Source: an uncultured Candidatus Woesearchaeota archaeon
GTDB lineage: Archaea; Nanobdellota; Nanobdellia; Woesearchaeales; DSVV01
Assembly (NCBI GenBank): GCA_963717515.1
Contig: OY970338.1
Location: forward strand, 1,595,593-1,659,592
Direction of reading: 5' to 3'
DNA length: 64,000 nt
The notes beneath the pieces are model-generated. The model ran no database searches, was not told where the DNA came from, and was given only the letters and a program-made list of their open reading frames with translations. Of this stretch, positions 9,701-18,837 are shown piece after piece; the first letter of the stretch is position 1, and every line of letters begins with the position of its first letter. A program made the translations under genes and the position numbers.

Positions 9701-11051
9701 CCGGCCTGCCGAGGTCATCATAGAAAATAACAGGCAGTATGTCATATCCAGCCGTGGGAAAAGGTATCCTCTTGCGCATAAGGATGTCACCCTTCTTCTC
9801 CCTACGATGGGCAGGATAGGGGTCGAGGGGTTCGCAGCTGCGTTCAGGTCTCTCGGCATCAATGCAAAGGCTTTGCCTGAATCAGACATGGATGTCCTGA
9901 TGCGGGGCAGGGCAAACACGACATGCAAGGAATGCCTGCCTATGCAGCTCACCACAGGGAGCATGCTCAAGTATATCGACGAGAAGAAGAGAAAGGATGA
10001 GGTCATGGTCTTCTTCATGCCTGCGTCAAGCGGGCCGTGCAGGTTCGGCCAGTACAATGTATTCATGAGGAACCTGATAAGGAAGAACAGGCTCAGCGAT
10101 GTCGCTGTCCTCACCCTGTCTGACAGGGACAATTATGCAGGCTTCGGCATGAAGTTCCTGATACTTGCCTGGAAGACGATGATGGTCTCAGATGTCATGA
10201 CAGACATCAGAAACACCCTCAGGGCGATTGCAAATGACAGGAAAACAGCTCTTGCTACTTTCGAGGCTGAATGGGAGAAGCTAAAGAAGGCCATCACCAG
10301 CAATGACGGCAGGGGCCTGACAGACCAGATAAGGAAGAGCTCGGACGCCCTGAGCAAGATACCCCTGAAGATCCCGTTCAAGAAGGCGAACAAGGTGGCG
10401 CTTGTCGGCGAGATATACGTGCGCCAGGACGAGCTTTCAAGACAGAAGCTCATCGGTAAGCTCGCAGACAGGGGGATAATCGTGAAGATTGCGCCGGTCG
10501 CAGAATTCATCTATTACATCAATTACCTCTCGAGGCTCAAGATCCTCGAGGGCTCAAGGACAGACATGGCAAAGATGCTCGAGCTTAATCTCACTTACGG
10601 GTACCAGAACTACCAGGAGAGAAAGATCAAGAGGCTCTTCGAGAGGTCCGGGCTGTACGAGTTTGAGATGATAGACATCCCGAAGACCATCAGCCATGCC
10701 AGACATCTCATGTCGCGCAGGTTCACAGGCGAAGCCATACTGACGACAGGGCTTGCGCTCAGGGAGGTCCTCCATTCTGCGACAGGCGTCATATCCATAG
10801 GCCCTTTCGGCTGCATGCCGTCCAGGGTTGCTGAGGCCCTGCTCACTGAGGAGATGACCCTTGAAGGCAAGATCAAAGCATCCGGGAACAGGGATTACAT
10901 GCAGATGTATGATGGGCTCTCTAACCTCCCCTTCCTGGCTATAGAGACAGACGGAAACCCGTATCCGCAGGTAATTGAAGCAAGGATTGAGACATTCTGC
11001 CTGCAGTCAGAAAGGGTCCATATGAAGAGGCTCAGGCATACAGCTCATTGA
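6786..11051 (+). CDS. Fusion of two BadF/BadG/BcrA/BcrD-type ATPase (CoA-substrate-specific enzyme activase) domains with an HgdB/2-hydroxyacyl-CoA dehydratase-like domain
   Basis: Two ASKHA activase repeats (LGICLGASSIGIV...; IIGLDVGSTTTKAVLL...; conserved CAAF/CAAGTGSFLEE and GGV.YN blocks) followed by a Cys-containing dehydratase-like C-terminal half. 1422 aa from MKALGI. Confidence 0.7.
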   Translation: MKALGICLGASSIGIVRMKDGKIIGAENIPHEGNPKKLLLEKLGQIGLQDYDYAGVTGRKFREFVNLPKITEPEATEYAYEYIRKRRDFSAIVSAGGETFIVYTLDTHGKIANVYTGNKCASGTGEFFLQQIRRMDLNVDEAVKLAKMEKPHRVTGRCSVFCKSDCTHALNKGVPKGEVAAGLCEMMAKKISELLSKAPKGDILIVGGTAKNSVVMDFLKKDVPGVHIPKEAEYFEALGAAIWSEKTKAKPKNYKSILKKGTSSFSFHRPLSEYRDMVVFEKFTKGEAEEGDECIIGLDVGSTTTKAVLLRTSDNAVVADCYLRTNGNPVKASRDCYNELSSQVDKKISIIGLGVTGSGRHIAGLHALTKGIINEIIAHATAAVYFDKDVDTIFEIGGQDAKYTYITNSVPSDYAMNEACSAGTGSFLEESAKESLNIDYRDIGDIGFQAKHPPNFNDQCAAFISSDIKTAFHEGISKEDVVAGLVYSICLNYGNRVKGNRQVGKKVFMQGGVCYNKAVPVAMAALTGKNIIVPPEPGLMGAFGVALEIKDRLALGIMERQEFDLNELEKRDVEYGKSFICAGGKEKCDRKCEIMTIRILGKTYPFGGACDKYYNQRLNIENDPGRLDLVKQRQDMVFGRYASYRPKLPKDAKSIGINRSFLTNTFYPLYYNFFTRLGMRVMLSEQVLEKGTDRKSAAFCYPAEISHGLFQDLIDKKPDYIFLPVLTGTPVKSGNLLKKTCVFVQAEHAYLQTAFKNHGIGIIRPVLDFSRGFEGQKKIFNGIAEELGFNTEEAGEAFDSAIGQQEAYQKEAERLGKKAIRELEKDPDKTAVILFGRSYNAFAGEANMGIPHKFATRGSLVIPSDFIPYGKEDGFPSMYWAQGQQNLMAAEYVKKHPQLYGAFVTNFSCGPDSFLISYFRDIMGIKPSLTLELDSHTADAGLNTRIDAFLDIVKSFRELEKQKKIREKKSDFRPAEVIIENNRQYVISSRGKRYPLAHKDVTLLLPTMGRIGVEGFAAAFRSLGINAKALPESDMDVLMRGRANTTCKECLPMQLTTGSMLKYIDEKKRKDEVMVFFMPASSGPCRFGQYNVFMRNLIRKNRLSDVAVLTLSDRDNYAGFGMKFLILAWKTMMVSDVMTDIRNTLRAIANDRKTALATFEAEWEKLKKAITSNDGRGLTDQIRKSSDALSKIPLKIPFKKANKVALVGEIYVRQDELSRQKLIGKLADRGIIVKIAPVAEFIYYINYLSRLKILEGSRTDMAKMLELNLTYGYQNYQERKIKRLFERSGLYEFEMIDIPKTISHARHLMSRRFTGEAILTTGLALREVLHSATGVISIGPFGCMPSRVAEALLTEEMTLEGKIKASGNRDYMQMYDGLSNLPFLAIETDGNPYPQVIEARIETFCLQSERVHMKRLRHTAH

Positions 11052-11053
11052 CG

Positions 11054-12133
11054 TCATGCCTTAGCTGCAGCTTCTTTCTTCAGATGCAGGGGCAGGGTGA
11101 AATAGAATTCCGAGCCCTTACCAGGCTCGCTCCTGACACCTATCCTTCCCCTGTGGCCCTCCACTATCTTTCTCGCTATGGCAAGCCCAAGGCCGGTGCT
11201 CTTCTCTCCTCCCGTGGCTTTGCAGTGCCCTCTCTGGAATTCTCTGAACACCTTATCCCTGTCTTCAGGCTTTATCCCCGGTCCATGGTCCTTCACCATC
11301 GTGACCAGGTCATCGTCCTTGATGTTTGCTGAAATCTCCACATTCGAGCCCGGCTCAGAGTAGTTGACTGCATTGGATATGAGGTTGTTGAGCACCTGCG
11401 TCAACTTCCCCCTATCAAACATGATGTCTGGGAGCCCCTCGTCAGTTTTTAGCCTGATTCTTATCCTCTTCCTGCTTGCAAGGATCCTGTTCACGTCGAC
11501 ATTGTCCCTGAGGAAGGATGCGTAATCGTTCCTGGTCATGTTCAGCTGGATGTTTCCTGACTCTATCTTGGATATGTCCAGCAGGTCTTCTACAAGCCTT
11601 AGCATGAAGCTGCTTGAGTCCTTGATGATGTTCAGGATCCTGACCTGGTGCTCCTTGAGCCCCGACTCCCTGTCCTGGAGCAGGTACAAGGAATACATCT
11701 GGATAATCCCGATGGGATTCCTGAGGTCATGGGCCGCTATGCCTATGAACCGGTTCAGGGCCTGGTTGAGCTCCCTGAGATTTTTGCTCTGGACCTTCTC
11801 CTTCTCGACAGAAAGCTTAAGCCTTGCCACAGTGATTCCTACTACCAGGAATATGAGCAGCCTGACAAACGAGTTCCAGTAAAGCAGGTAGATATGGGGG
11901 TAGGGATAGCCAATCTTTGCAAACATCCATTCGAAAGCTTCGACGACAGAGATGATGACACTGCCCGGGTACCCGAACGTGAGCCCGGCAAGCATGACTG
12001 GTATGAGATAGAATATCGAGAACCCGAGGTCTACACCTGTCAGGTAGTCAGCTGCCCCGATGGTGACTGCTGAGGAGAGAATAATAAGTCCAGTTATTAT
12101 CTTTGTCTTTTTGAGTTTCAGCCTATAGCTCAT
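11054..12133 (-). CDS. Sensor histidine kinase with N-terminal multi-TM (DUF4118-like) domain
   Basis: HisKA H-box (AAHDLRNPIG) and HATPase_c N/G1/G2 blocks (NAVNYS, DHGPGI, GTGLGLAI). Four predicted N-terminal TM helices. Confidence 0.8.
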   Translation of the reverse strand: MSYRLKLKKTKIITGLIILSSAVTIGAADYLTGVDLGFSIFYLIPVMLAGLTFGYPGSVIISVVEAFEWMFAKIGYPYPHIYLLYWNSFVRLLIFLVVGITVARLKLSVEKEKVQSKNLRELNQALNRFIGIAAHDLRNPIGIIQMYSLYLLQDRESGLKEHQVRILNIIKDSSSFMLRLVEDLLDISKIESGNIQLNMTRNDYASFLRDNVDVNRILASRKRIRIRLKTDEGLPDIMFDRGKLTQVLNNLISNAVNYSEPGSNVEISANIKDDDLVTMVKDHGPGIKPEDRDKVFREFQRGHCKATGGEKSTGLGLAIARKIVEGHRGRIGVRSEPGKGSEFYFTLPLHLKKEAAAKA

Positions 12134-12305
12134 CTTTATCGACTTTTGGGTGCCTCTTCCCTGGCCATATTAATCATCCTTTTTATTTAAAATCTTCGCA
12201 GAGTCCCTGCAATCCTGAATCTGCATCATGTTTTTTCAGAAGGAGAGGCTCTGCAGGGGCTGGCTTGAGAAACCTTTATAAATAATACTCTTCTCTCCAA
12301 ATATC

Positions 12306-12578
12306 ATGACCCAGATGAAGCTGAGAAAGGAGCTTGATGAATATATGGAAAAAAGAACGACAAAGCAGCCCTCCAAGAATTTCATCAAGGATTATTTCAA
12401 GAGGCGGGAGTTTTCAGAGAAGCACAAGACCATAGGCGAGCATCAGATTCAGTCGCTCGGTGAGCTCCACCAGCAGGATGTCGTGATACTCGAGCCTGAG
12501 CCGAATTTCTTCAGGATGCTGCATGACAAGATTTTGGATTTTTTCAGGGGCTCAAAGAAAAAGAAAGGCAGGGATTAG
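12306..12578 (+). CDS. Hypothetical protein
   Basis: ORF only, lysine-rich, no recognisable motif. Confidence 0.3.
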   Translation: MTQMKLRKELDEYMEKRTTKQPSKNFIKDYFKRREFSEKHKTIGEHQIQSLGELHQQDVVILEPEPNFFRMLHDKILDFFRGSKKKKGRD

Positions 12579-12580
12579 GA

Positions 12581-13225
12581 CTAGTGGCAGGAAAGCGCCG
12601 TGTCATACATATGGAAGCTCATGAGCAGGTTGAACTTGCTTGCGTATTTCCAGAATTCGTATCTCTCTTTTGAGCTCGGATCAACATGATTGTGGCCGCC
12701 ATGCATGAATGCATTCATCTGCATGCTCCTGACAAGATCTTTTCTCTCTTTGTAATTGATTATCTCCTCGCCCCATGAAAAATTTCTCTCGCTTCTGCTT
12801 TCTGCAGCAGAATAGAATTCATAGGCAGACTTTGCCTGTGTAGTGACTCTCAGGTAATCTGCATGGAACTGCCTGTATAGTTCGGTATGCCTTGCATAAT
12901 CCTCCTCAAGCGATAGTCCAGGCTTGATATCCTTTATTGTGTCAGGCTCATCGTCCTTGTTCCTATCAGGCTTCTTTATCTTATTCTCTAGGCCTTTGGA
13001 ATCTTTTTTCCTGCCCTGTTTTGATTCATCCCTGATGAGCTGCTCGAGGTGGACAGGTCTTTGCTGCAATCGTGCAATCTCATCGCTTATCTCATCAGCT
13101 CCCTGCTGGATGAACATCTCAGGCCAGACAGCCGGAGCGATACTCATGTTTTCAAGCTCGGATATCAAAATACCTGTCATGTCCCTCTCTTTTATTTCTG
13201 CATTCACGATAAAACTGAAATACAT
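12581..13225 (-). CDS. Hypothetical acidic protein
   Basis: ORF only, 214 aa, charged and low-complexity in the middle. Confidence 0.35.
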   Translation of the reverse strand: MYFSFIVNAEIKERDMTGILISELENMSIAPAVWPEMFIQQGADEISDEIARLQQRPVHLEQLIRDESKQGRKKDSKGLENKIKKPDRNKDDEPDTIKDIKPGLSLEEDYARHTELYRQFHADYLRVTTQAKSAYEFYSAAESRSERNFSWGEEIINYKERKDLVRSMQMNAFMHGGHNHVDPSSKERYEFWKYASKFNLLMSFHMYDTALSCH

Positions 13226-13435
13226 GATTGTTTTTAAAGATTTAGGTTGGCAGGCTTTGGTTCCTTATATTTCAGGATCCTCATTCCATTGCTGTGCTCT
13301 CTGACAATCTCTTCCCATTCCTCCCGGGTCACGATGTTAATCTCAAGCATTGAATGAGGTCGAGACTCATCCTTTTTAAATTCGATTGAGAAAATCTATA
13401 ATTATTTCCGGTGGATACGGAAAGTTTCCATCGGA

Positions 13436-14077
13436 TTGTTTGATGTTCCGGTTCATGTGATGGGACTTTGCAATATCTTTATATATCTGACATTGTCCTT
13501 GCATGTCATGAAACTTGGTAAAGAGGCAGAGAGCATGCTTATGGAGACAGCATCAAGGCTCATGGAGAAGTCCCGGCCGGGCTGGAGCATACCCCATCTG
13601 AATGCGGCAGTGCACTATATGAAGGAACTGATAAAAACAGAAGGGGGCAATGAGAAAATTCTCCTTCCGGCGATAATCCTGCATGACATCGGCTACGCAG
13701 GGATGCTGGAGTCAGAATACACATTTGAGGAGATTAAGGGCGTGAAATCAGACCACATGGAAGCCGGGGCCAAGATGGCAGGAGCCATCCTTGCAGATGT
13801 TGGCAATATTTCTGAAAAAGAGGCATCAGAAATCTGCAGGCTGATAGGAATACATGATAACCTTGAAGAGATCAAAGGCCGCAATGCCCAGCTTGTCTTT
13901 GAGGCTGACTCTCTCGCCCAGGTCGACAGGGACATGGTGAAGCCGAATTTCGACAGGAAGAATTACCTCCGGTTCATCGAGGATTTCAAAAAGAAAAGAG
14001 TGCCCATGTTCAGGACAAAGACCGGGAAAGACCTGCTTGAAAATCTCATGCCGAAAGCTGAGAAATATCTTGATTAG
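13436..14077 (+). CDS. HD-domain phosphohydrolase
   Basis: Has the ILHDIGY (H...HD) motif. The true start is probably an internal Met (MKLGKE or MLMETA). Confidence 0.6.
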   Translation: MFDVPVHVMGLCNIFIYLTLSLHVMKLGKEAESMLMETASRLMEKSRPGWSIPHLNAAVHYMKELIKTEGGNEKILLPAIILHDIGYAGMLESEYTFEEIKGVKSDHMEAGAKMAGAILADVGNISEKEASEICRLIGIHDNLEEIKGRNAQLVFEADSLAQVDRDMVKPNFDRKNYLRFIEDFKKKRVPMFRTKTGKDLLENLMPKAEKYLD

Positions 14078-14640
14078 TCCAGGCTGAATGGAAACTGCAA
14101 AAGGACACTAGGCTTTCCCATGGCATCTTCCAGGCTTTTCGCTTCTACGAGATCAGCTGCCCATTCATCTACAAACCCGTCCTTGAGGTTATCCTGATAG
14201 TTTTTCCATCTGTACCTGCGGGCAGCCCTTTGGCGGAGCATCCTTGAGAACCTGTCCTCTTTTGCCCTGGTCCTCTTCTCCAAGCAGGATGCCTGCACAA
14301 GATGCTCAGGAAGCTTCAATATCAGGATGTCAAATAATGTGGGATCCTTTCTGAGCACGGTCTCCTCCAGGCGCATGGTGTCCATGTTCAGGCTCCATTG
14401 GTATACCCAGTCATCCCTCAGCATGTACTTGATTATCCCTGCATCATCATGGAAATTCTTACTCCCGAATATGTGGACCATGTTGCCCTCAACCCTCATA
14501 GGGTCGAATGCCTGATACTTCCTGAGCTCCCTTACTGCCATGTAGGCATCAGGCCTGCCATCCCTCAGCTGCCTGACAGCGCTGATGGGAAAAGAATAGA
14601 CATCAGATGCATGGTTCGGGATCGTGTCGATGTATGCCAT
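14074..14640 (-). CDS. Hypothetical protein
   Basis: ORF of 188 aa with 4-nt overlap to the HD gene end. No family recognised. Confidence 0.4.
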   Translation of the reverse strand: MAYIDTIPNHASDVYSFPISAVRQLRDGRPDAYMAVRELRKYQAFDPMRVEGNMVHIFGSKNFHDDAGIIKYMLRDDWVYQWSLNMDTMRLEETVLRKDPTLFDILILKLPEHLVQASCLEKRTRAKEDRFSRMLRQRAARRYRWKNYQDNLKDGFVDEWAADLVEAKSLEDAMGKPSVLLQFPFSLD

Positions 14641-14690
14641 CAGACTGGGGTTTTGATGCAGAATATATTAAATCTACTGTTTGCGTGAGT

Positions 14691-15089
14691 TCAGGGATCC
14701 TTCAGCGCCGGAAGCTTCAGGTCCTTGTTGAAATACAGGTCACGGAGCACATAGACCAAAACCTGCCTTGTTCCGTTTACCAGCCCCGGCTGGTTCAGCA
14801 TCTTCTCCACTCCCTCAGATGCAGACTTGTATCTCGCCAGCTCATCATCGGCTACTGAAGAACCGGCCATGATCTCAAGGGGGACTCCTATATGATAATC
14901 CATGTCATTGACTCTGTACTTCCTCAGGATGCGGGCGATGAATAAGATGTCATCACCTGCAGGCTCCAGGCTTTTTTTTGCATCATCTTTTGCAATAGCA
15001 TACAAAGCCCTGAACTTAGCCTGGTCATACACCTTTGTGAAATAATCAGTTATATCTTTTATTTCTGTCATGATCAAGGGATGCTTCAT
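14691..15089 (-). CDS. Hypothetical protein
   Basis: ORF of 132 aa. No family recognised. Confidence 0.4.
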   Translation of the reverse strand: MKHPLIMTEIKDITDYFTKVYDQAKFRALYAIAKDDAKKSLEPAGDDILFIARILRKYRVNDMDYHIGVPLEIMAGSSVADDELARYKSASEGVEKMLNQPGLVNGTRQVLVYVLRDLYFNKDLKLPALKDP

Positions 15090-15142
15090 CTGTATATAAA
15101 ACCTTTATTTAAACAATCAAAAATGGAAAAAGAAAAAGCAAA

Positions 15143-16405
15143 TCAGGTGCCTTCCTGCCAGGACTCGCTGTACTTCTTCTGCTCAGGGGTCATCTCATCG
15201 AATTCGATGCCCATGGCATTGAGCTGCAGCCTCGCAATCTCCTCGTCCTTCTCAGGCGGGAGCACATACACTTTCGGCTCGAGCTTTCCCCTGTTCTTCA
15301 CGAGGAATTCGCAGGCGAATGATTGGTTTATGAATGACATCGCCATGATGGTCGAAGGATGACCCTCTGCAGCAGCAAGGTTTATCAGCCGTGCCTCGCC
15401 GAGGATGAAGAGCCGCTTCCCATACAGGGTGTATTCATCCATGAAAGGCCTGATATTCCTGGACTTCTCTGCCTCTCTCTTCAGGCCGTTGACATTGACC
15501 TCAGCATCGAAATGCCCTGAGTTGCACATTATTGCCCCGTCTTTCATGAGCTTCATATGCGGGACGTCAATCACGTTCTTGTTGCCTGTGACTGTCACGA
15601 ATATGTCGCCGATGGCAGCTGCCTTCTTTATGGGCATGACCCTGAATCCGTCCATGGCTGCCTGCAATGCGCGGAATGGGTCTACCTCTGTGACAATGAC
15701 ATTCGCGTCCATGCCAAGAGCCCTCTTGGCGACGCCTTTTCCACACTCGCCGTATCCACAGACGACGAATGCCTTTCCCGCGATGAGAACGTTTGTTGCG
15801 CGCAGGATACCGTCAATGGTGCTCTGGCCTGTGCCTTTCAGGTTGTCCATCAGATGCTTTGTAGATGCCTCGTTGACTGCAACAATCGGATATCTCAGGG
15901 CCTTGTCCTTTTCCATCGCCCGGAGCCTTATGACACCTGTCGTCGTCTCCTCAGCGCCGCCGATGATATCCTTTATGAGCTGCGGGTGCTTGGTATGTAT
16001 CTCTGAGACAAGGTCGCAGCCGTCGTCGATGGTTATCTGCGGCTTCTCTTTTATGACGTTCGTGAGATACCTGTAATAATCCTCTTTTGTCTCGCCCTTG
16101 TATGCCCATATCTTGACGCCTTCTTCAGCCAGGGCGGAAGCGACATCATCCTGGGTGCTGAGCGGGTTGCATCCTGTTATCGATACTTCTGCACCGCCGG
16201 CGATAAGCGTCCTTACAAGGACAGCAGTCTCTTTTGTGACGTGGAGCGCCATCCCCACCTTTATGCCTTTCAAGGGCTTCTCTTTTCTGAACCTCTCCCT
16301 CACTTCAAGAAGTGCACCCATCTGCATCTCTGCCCACTCGATATTCTTCTTTCCCTGTTCTGAAAGCTTCATGTCCTTCACTTCAAAAGTTTCTGCCTTG
16401 TCCAT
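15143..16405 (-). CDS. ahcY: Adenosylhomocysteinase (S-adenosyl-L-homocysteine hydrolase)
   Basis: GCNPLSTQDDVA, an NAD-binding GYGECGKG-type block, and a 420-aa length typical of archaeal AhcY. Confidence 0.9.
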   Translation of the reverse strand: MDKAETFEVKDMKLSEQGKKNIEWAEMQMGALLEVRERFRKEKPLKGIKVGMALHVTKETAVLVRTLIAGGAEVSITGCNPLSTQDDVASALAEEGVKIWAYKGETKEDYYRYLTNVIKEKPQITIDDGCDLVSEIHTKHPQLIKDIIGGAEETTTGVIRLRAMEKDKALRYPIVAVNEASTKHLMDNLKGTGQSTIDGILRATNVLIAGKAFVVCGYGECGKGVAKRALGMDANVIVTEVDPFRALQAAMDGFRVMPIKKAAAIGDIFVTVTGNKNVIDVPHMKLMKDGAIMCNSGHFDAEVNVNGLKREAEKSRNIRPFMDEYTLYGKRLFILGEARLINLAAAEGHPSTIMAMSFINQSFACEFLVKNRGKLEPKVYVLPPEKDEEIARLQLNAMGIEFDEMTPEQKKYSESWQEGT

Positions 16406-16406
16406 C

Positions 16407-17069
16407 TTAACCTCCTGTATTGGTGAATCTCAGTATCTTCAGCTTTTTCTCGATTGCAAACCTTCTCATCTTCCTTTTCGGGTTGACTGCTGAAGGGTTT
16501 CCGACAACCCCGAGCATCGCGATGTCCGTGTTGTTGTCTGAGTATGCATAGCAGTCCTTCAGGTCAATGCCATTCTTCTTGGCAAAATCAATCATATATA
16601 AGACTTTGTTCTTGCCGTAGCAGATATCCTTGCTCTTTCCTGTGATTATGCCTTTTTTTGTCTCCAGGGTGCTTGCTATCAGCCTGTCGACCTTCACATG
16701 CTCCCTGATTCTTGAGACCATCAGGTCGAGGGAATTCGTGACGATCACGACAAGATGGCCCTTTTTTTTGTGCTCTTCTATGAGCCTTACAGCATCCCTG
16801 TATATCCTCCTGCTTATGCTCTTCTCAAAGAAACGGTCGCAGATTTCCCTCATGTCTGATTCCTTCCTTCCTTTGAGGAAATCATATATGTCCTCGAAGA
16901 ACCTGTAAGGGTCGCTCTTTCCCACAAAGTAGAACATGAAGCGGCAGAGTATCCTGAAAGCATTGAAGAACGAGACCTCTCCTGAGAAGAACAGGTGGAC
17001 TGTGGTCCTCATCCCGCTGTTGCCTTTGATTATTGTATCGTCAAGGTCGAAGAATGCAGCCCTTTTCAT
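16407..17069 (-). CDS. HAD-IB family hydrolase (phosphoserine-phosphatase-like)
   Basis: AAFFDLDDTII (DxDxT) at the N-terminus from MKRAAFF. C-terminal GDSxND-like block (YAYSDNNTDIAMLGVVGNP). Immediately follows ahcY. Confidence 0.7.
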   Translation of the reverse strand: MKRAAFFDLDDTIIKGNSGMRTTVHLFFSGEVSFFNAFRILCRFMFYFVGKSDPYRFFEDIYDFLKGRKESDMREICDRFFEKSISRRIYRDAVRLIEEHKKKGHLVVIVTNSLDLMVSRIREHVKVDRLIASTLETKKGIITGKSKDICYGKNKVLYMIDFAKKNGIDLKDCYAYSDNNTDIAMLGVVGNPSAVNPKRKMRRFAIEKKLKILRFTNTGG

Positions 17070-17145
17070 GGGAAATTGAATCATCATGGGATTTATATAT
17101 TTTGCGCAGGGAATGTTTATTAAACAAGAGCGATTTCCCGCCATC

Positions 17146-17796
17146 ATGCTCTACATCGTATCCACACCCATCGGCAACCTGAAGGACATCACGCTCCGGG
17201 CGCTTGACATAATGAAAGAGGCCGACCTCATCGCAGCTGAGGACACGAGAAGGACAGGCATCCTGCTTAAGCATCACGGCATAAAGAACAGGATGCTCTC
17301 GTACAATGACCACAACAGGCAGAGGAGGATACCTACTCTGCTCAAGCTCCTCAAGGAAGGTAAGAATGTCGCCCTTGTCTCTGATTCTGGCACACCAGGG
17401 ATATCAGACCCGGGCTACAATCTCATCAATGAGGCGATAGAGAACAATATCCCTGTATCGCCCATACCCGGCCCGACAGCTGCAATATCAGCGCTGGTCT
17501 GCTCAGGCCTGCCCGCTGACGCATTCGAGTTCCACGGCTTTCTGCCGAAGAAGGATGGAAAGAAAACCGAACTGCTCAAAAACATAAAAAAGACAGCCAT
17601 ATTCTATGAGAGCCCGCACAGGATAGCAAAGACGCTCCTTCTCCTGCAGAAGACCATCCCTGAAGCAAAAGTCTGCATCGCAAGGGAGCTCACGAAGAAG
17701 TTCGAGGAATTCATCAGGGGAAAGCCCGGTGAAATAATCAAACAAATAGGCGATAAAGAACTCAAAGGAGAGATTGTCCTGGTAATCTATGGATAG
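17146..17796 (+). CDS. rsmI: RsmI-like rRNA 2'-O-methyltransferase (tetrapyrrole-methylase fold)
   Basis: [48 protein letters not shown] and FYESPHR are RsmI signature blocks. Start chosen at MLYIV. Confidence 0.7.
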   Translation: MLYIVSTPIGNLKDITLRALDIMKEADLIAAEDTRRTGILLKHHGIKNRMLSYNDHNRQRRIPTLLKLLKEGKNVALVSDSGTPGISDPGYNLINEAIENNIPVSPIPGPTAAISALVCSGLPADAFEFHGFLPKKDGKKTELLKNIKKTAIFYESPHRIAKTLLLLQKTIPEAKVCIARELTKKFEEFIRGKPGEIIKQIGDKELKGEIVLVIYG

Positions 17797-18713
17797 AGAT
17801 AGACCCTTTCTGTGCTGATGACATCAGGGGAGACGAACTGCGTAAGCGTCGGGGTCCCTATCTTCGGGATGAAGTTGAGCCTTACCTGCTCATCCTCTGT
17901 GATATCTCCGGGAGCTTCAAAGCACAGCCTGATTATGTCGCCTCTCTGCAGGTTCCCTGCGACGTGGTTTGTCCCTTCCTGCTCATACACTACTGTGAAA
18001 TATCCCTCTCCGACCTTGTAGGGTGTCACTTCAAATGTCATGTTGCCCTGGATGGTATCTGTTATCCATGTCGTGCCGGTCACTGTCACATAGGCGAATG
18101 TGGTGGTCCCGTTCGTCAGTGATGCATCAGTTATTGCTACAGTCACATTGGTCGTCCCGACACCGAATGTGATGTTCGTGCCCAGGCTGACATTGTAGAG
18201 CCCCTGGCTGCTGAGGTTGAATACGAGGAATGTACTGTGAGTATAGACATAATCATCCAGGCCGTCGTCGTCAAGGTCCTCTGCCAGCTTATAACTGTCA
18301 GCTGTGTTATCGACATCAGTGTCTATCTTCTCAAGGTTCCAGGTGTTGAAACCATTGATATTGTTCTTCTCGCAGATCCCGTCTGTGCCTTTATATTTCA
18401 GCGTAGAAGTCTTGTCCATCGTGTTGAAAGTGAATATGACCTGGTCAATCTTGATCGGGTCTGAACCAGGGGAGAGCTTCACAATCTGCTCAAAGTCAGT
18501 GAGGTTTCCGTCCCTTCCGTCGGTTGCACTGACCTCGATTACCCTTGCATTGGTGGATATCTGGCTCTTTGCCTGCTCGCCTGTCGAGAGGCTCTTCTCC
18601 TGGAGCGAGCCTGCTGTCTGGATCAGAACACCAGCTGCGACTGCAGCGACAAGAAGCATGGCAATGAATACAATCAGGGTTCCGACGCCCATCTCACCTT
18701 TTTTATCTTGCAT
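17787..18713 (-). CDS. flaB: Archaellin (archaeal flagellin) with class III signal peptide
   Basis: [39 protein letters not shown] is the conserved archaellin N-terminus. Many N-x-S/T sequons in the C-terminal half (NLT, NVS, NIT, NVT, NGT, NMT). Confidence 0.8.
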   Translation of the reverse strand: MQDKKGEMGVGTLIVFIAMLLVAAVAAGVLIQTAGSLQEKSLSTGEQAKSQISTNARVIEVSATDGRDGNLTDFEQIVKLSPGSDPIKIDQVIFTFNTMDKTSTLKYKGTDGICEKNNINGFNTWNLEKIDTDVDNTADSYKLAEDLDDDGLDDYVYTHSTFLVFNLSSQGLYNVSLGTNITFGVGTTNVTVAITDASLTNGTTTFAYVTVTGTTWITDTIQGNMTFEVTPYKVGEGYFTVVYEQEGTNHVAGNLQRGDIIRLCFEAPGDITEDEQVRLNFIPKIGTPTLTQFVSPDVISTERVYLYP

Positions 18714-18837
18714 TTTAAAAAAATATATTGGTATACGGATTTATGAAGTATCTGGTATATAAACTTTTCGATAATTTACAATATATTTGAATTGCCCATT
18801 GGAAAATATTTTAAAGCTTGGGTGGTTTATCGATGCC

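Noticed and set aside
15405-16076. 223-aa and 149-aa plus-strand ORFs inside ahcY
   Set aside because: They are antisense to a highly conserved gene, and the translations are S/P/A-rich artefacts.
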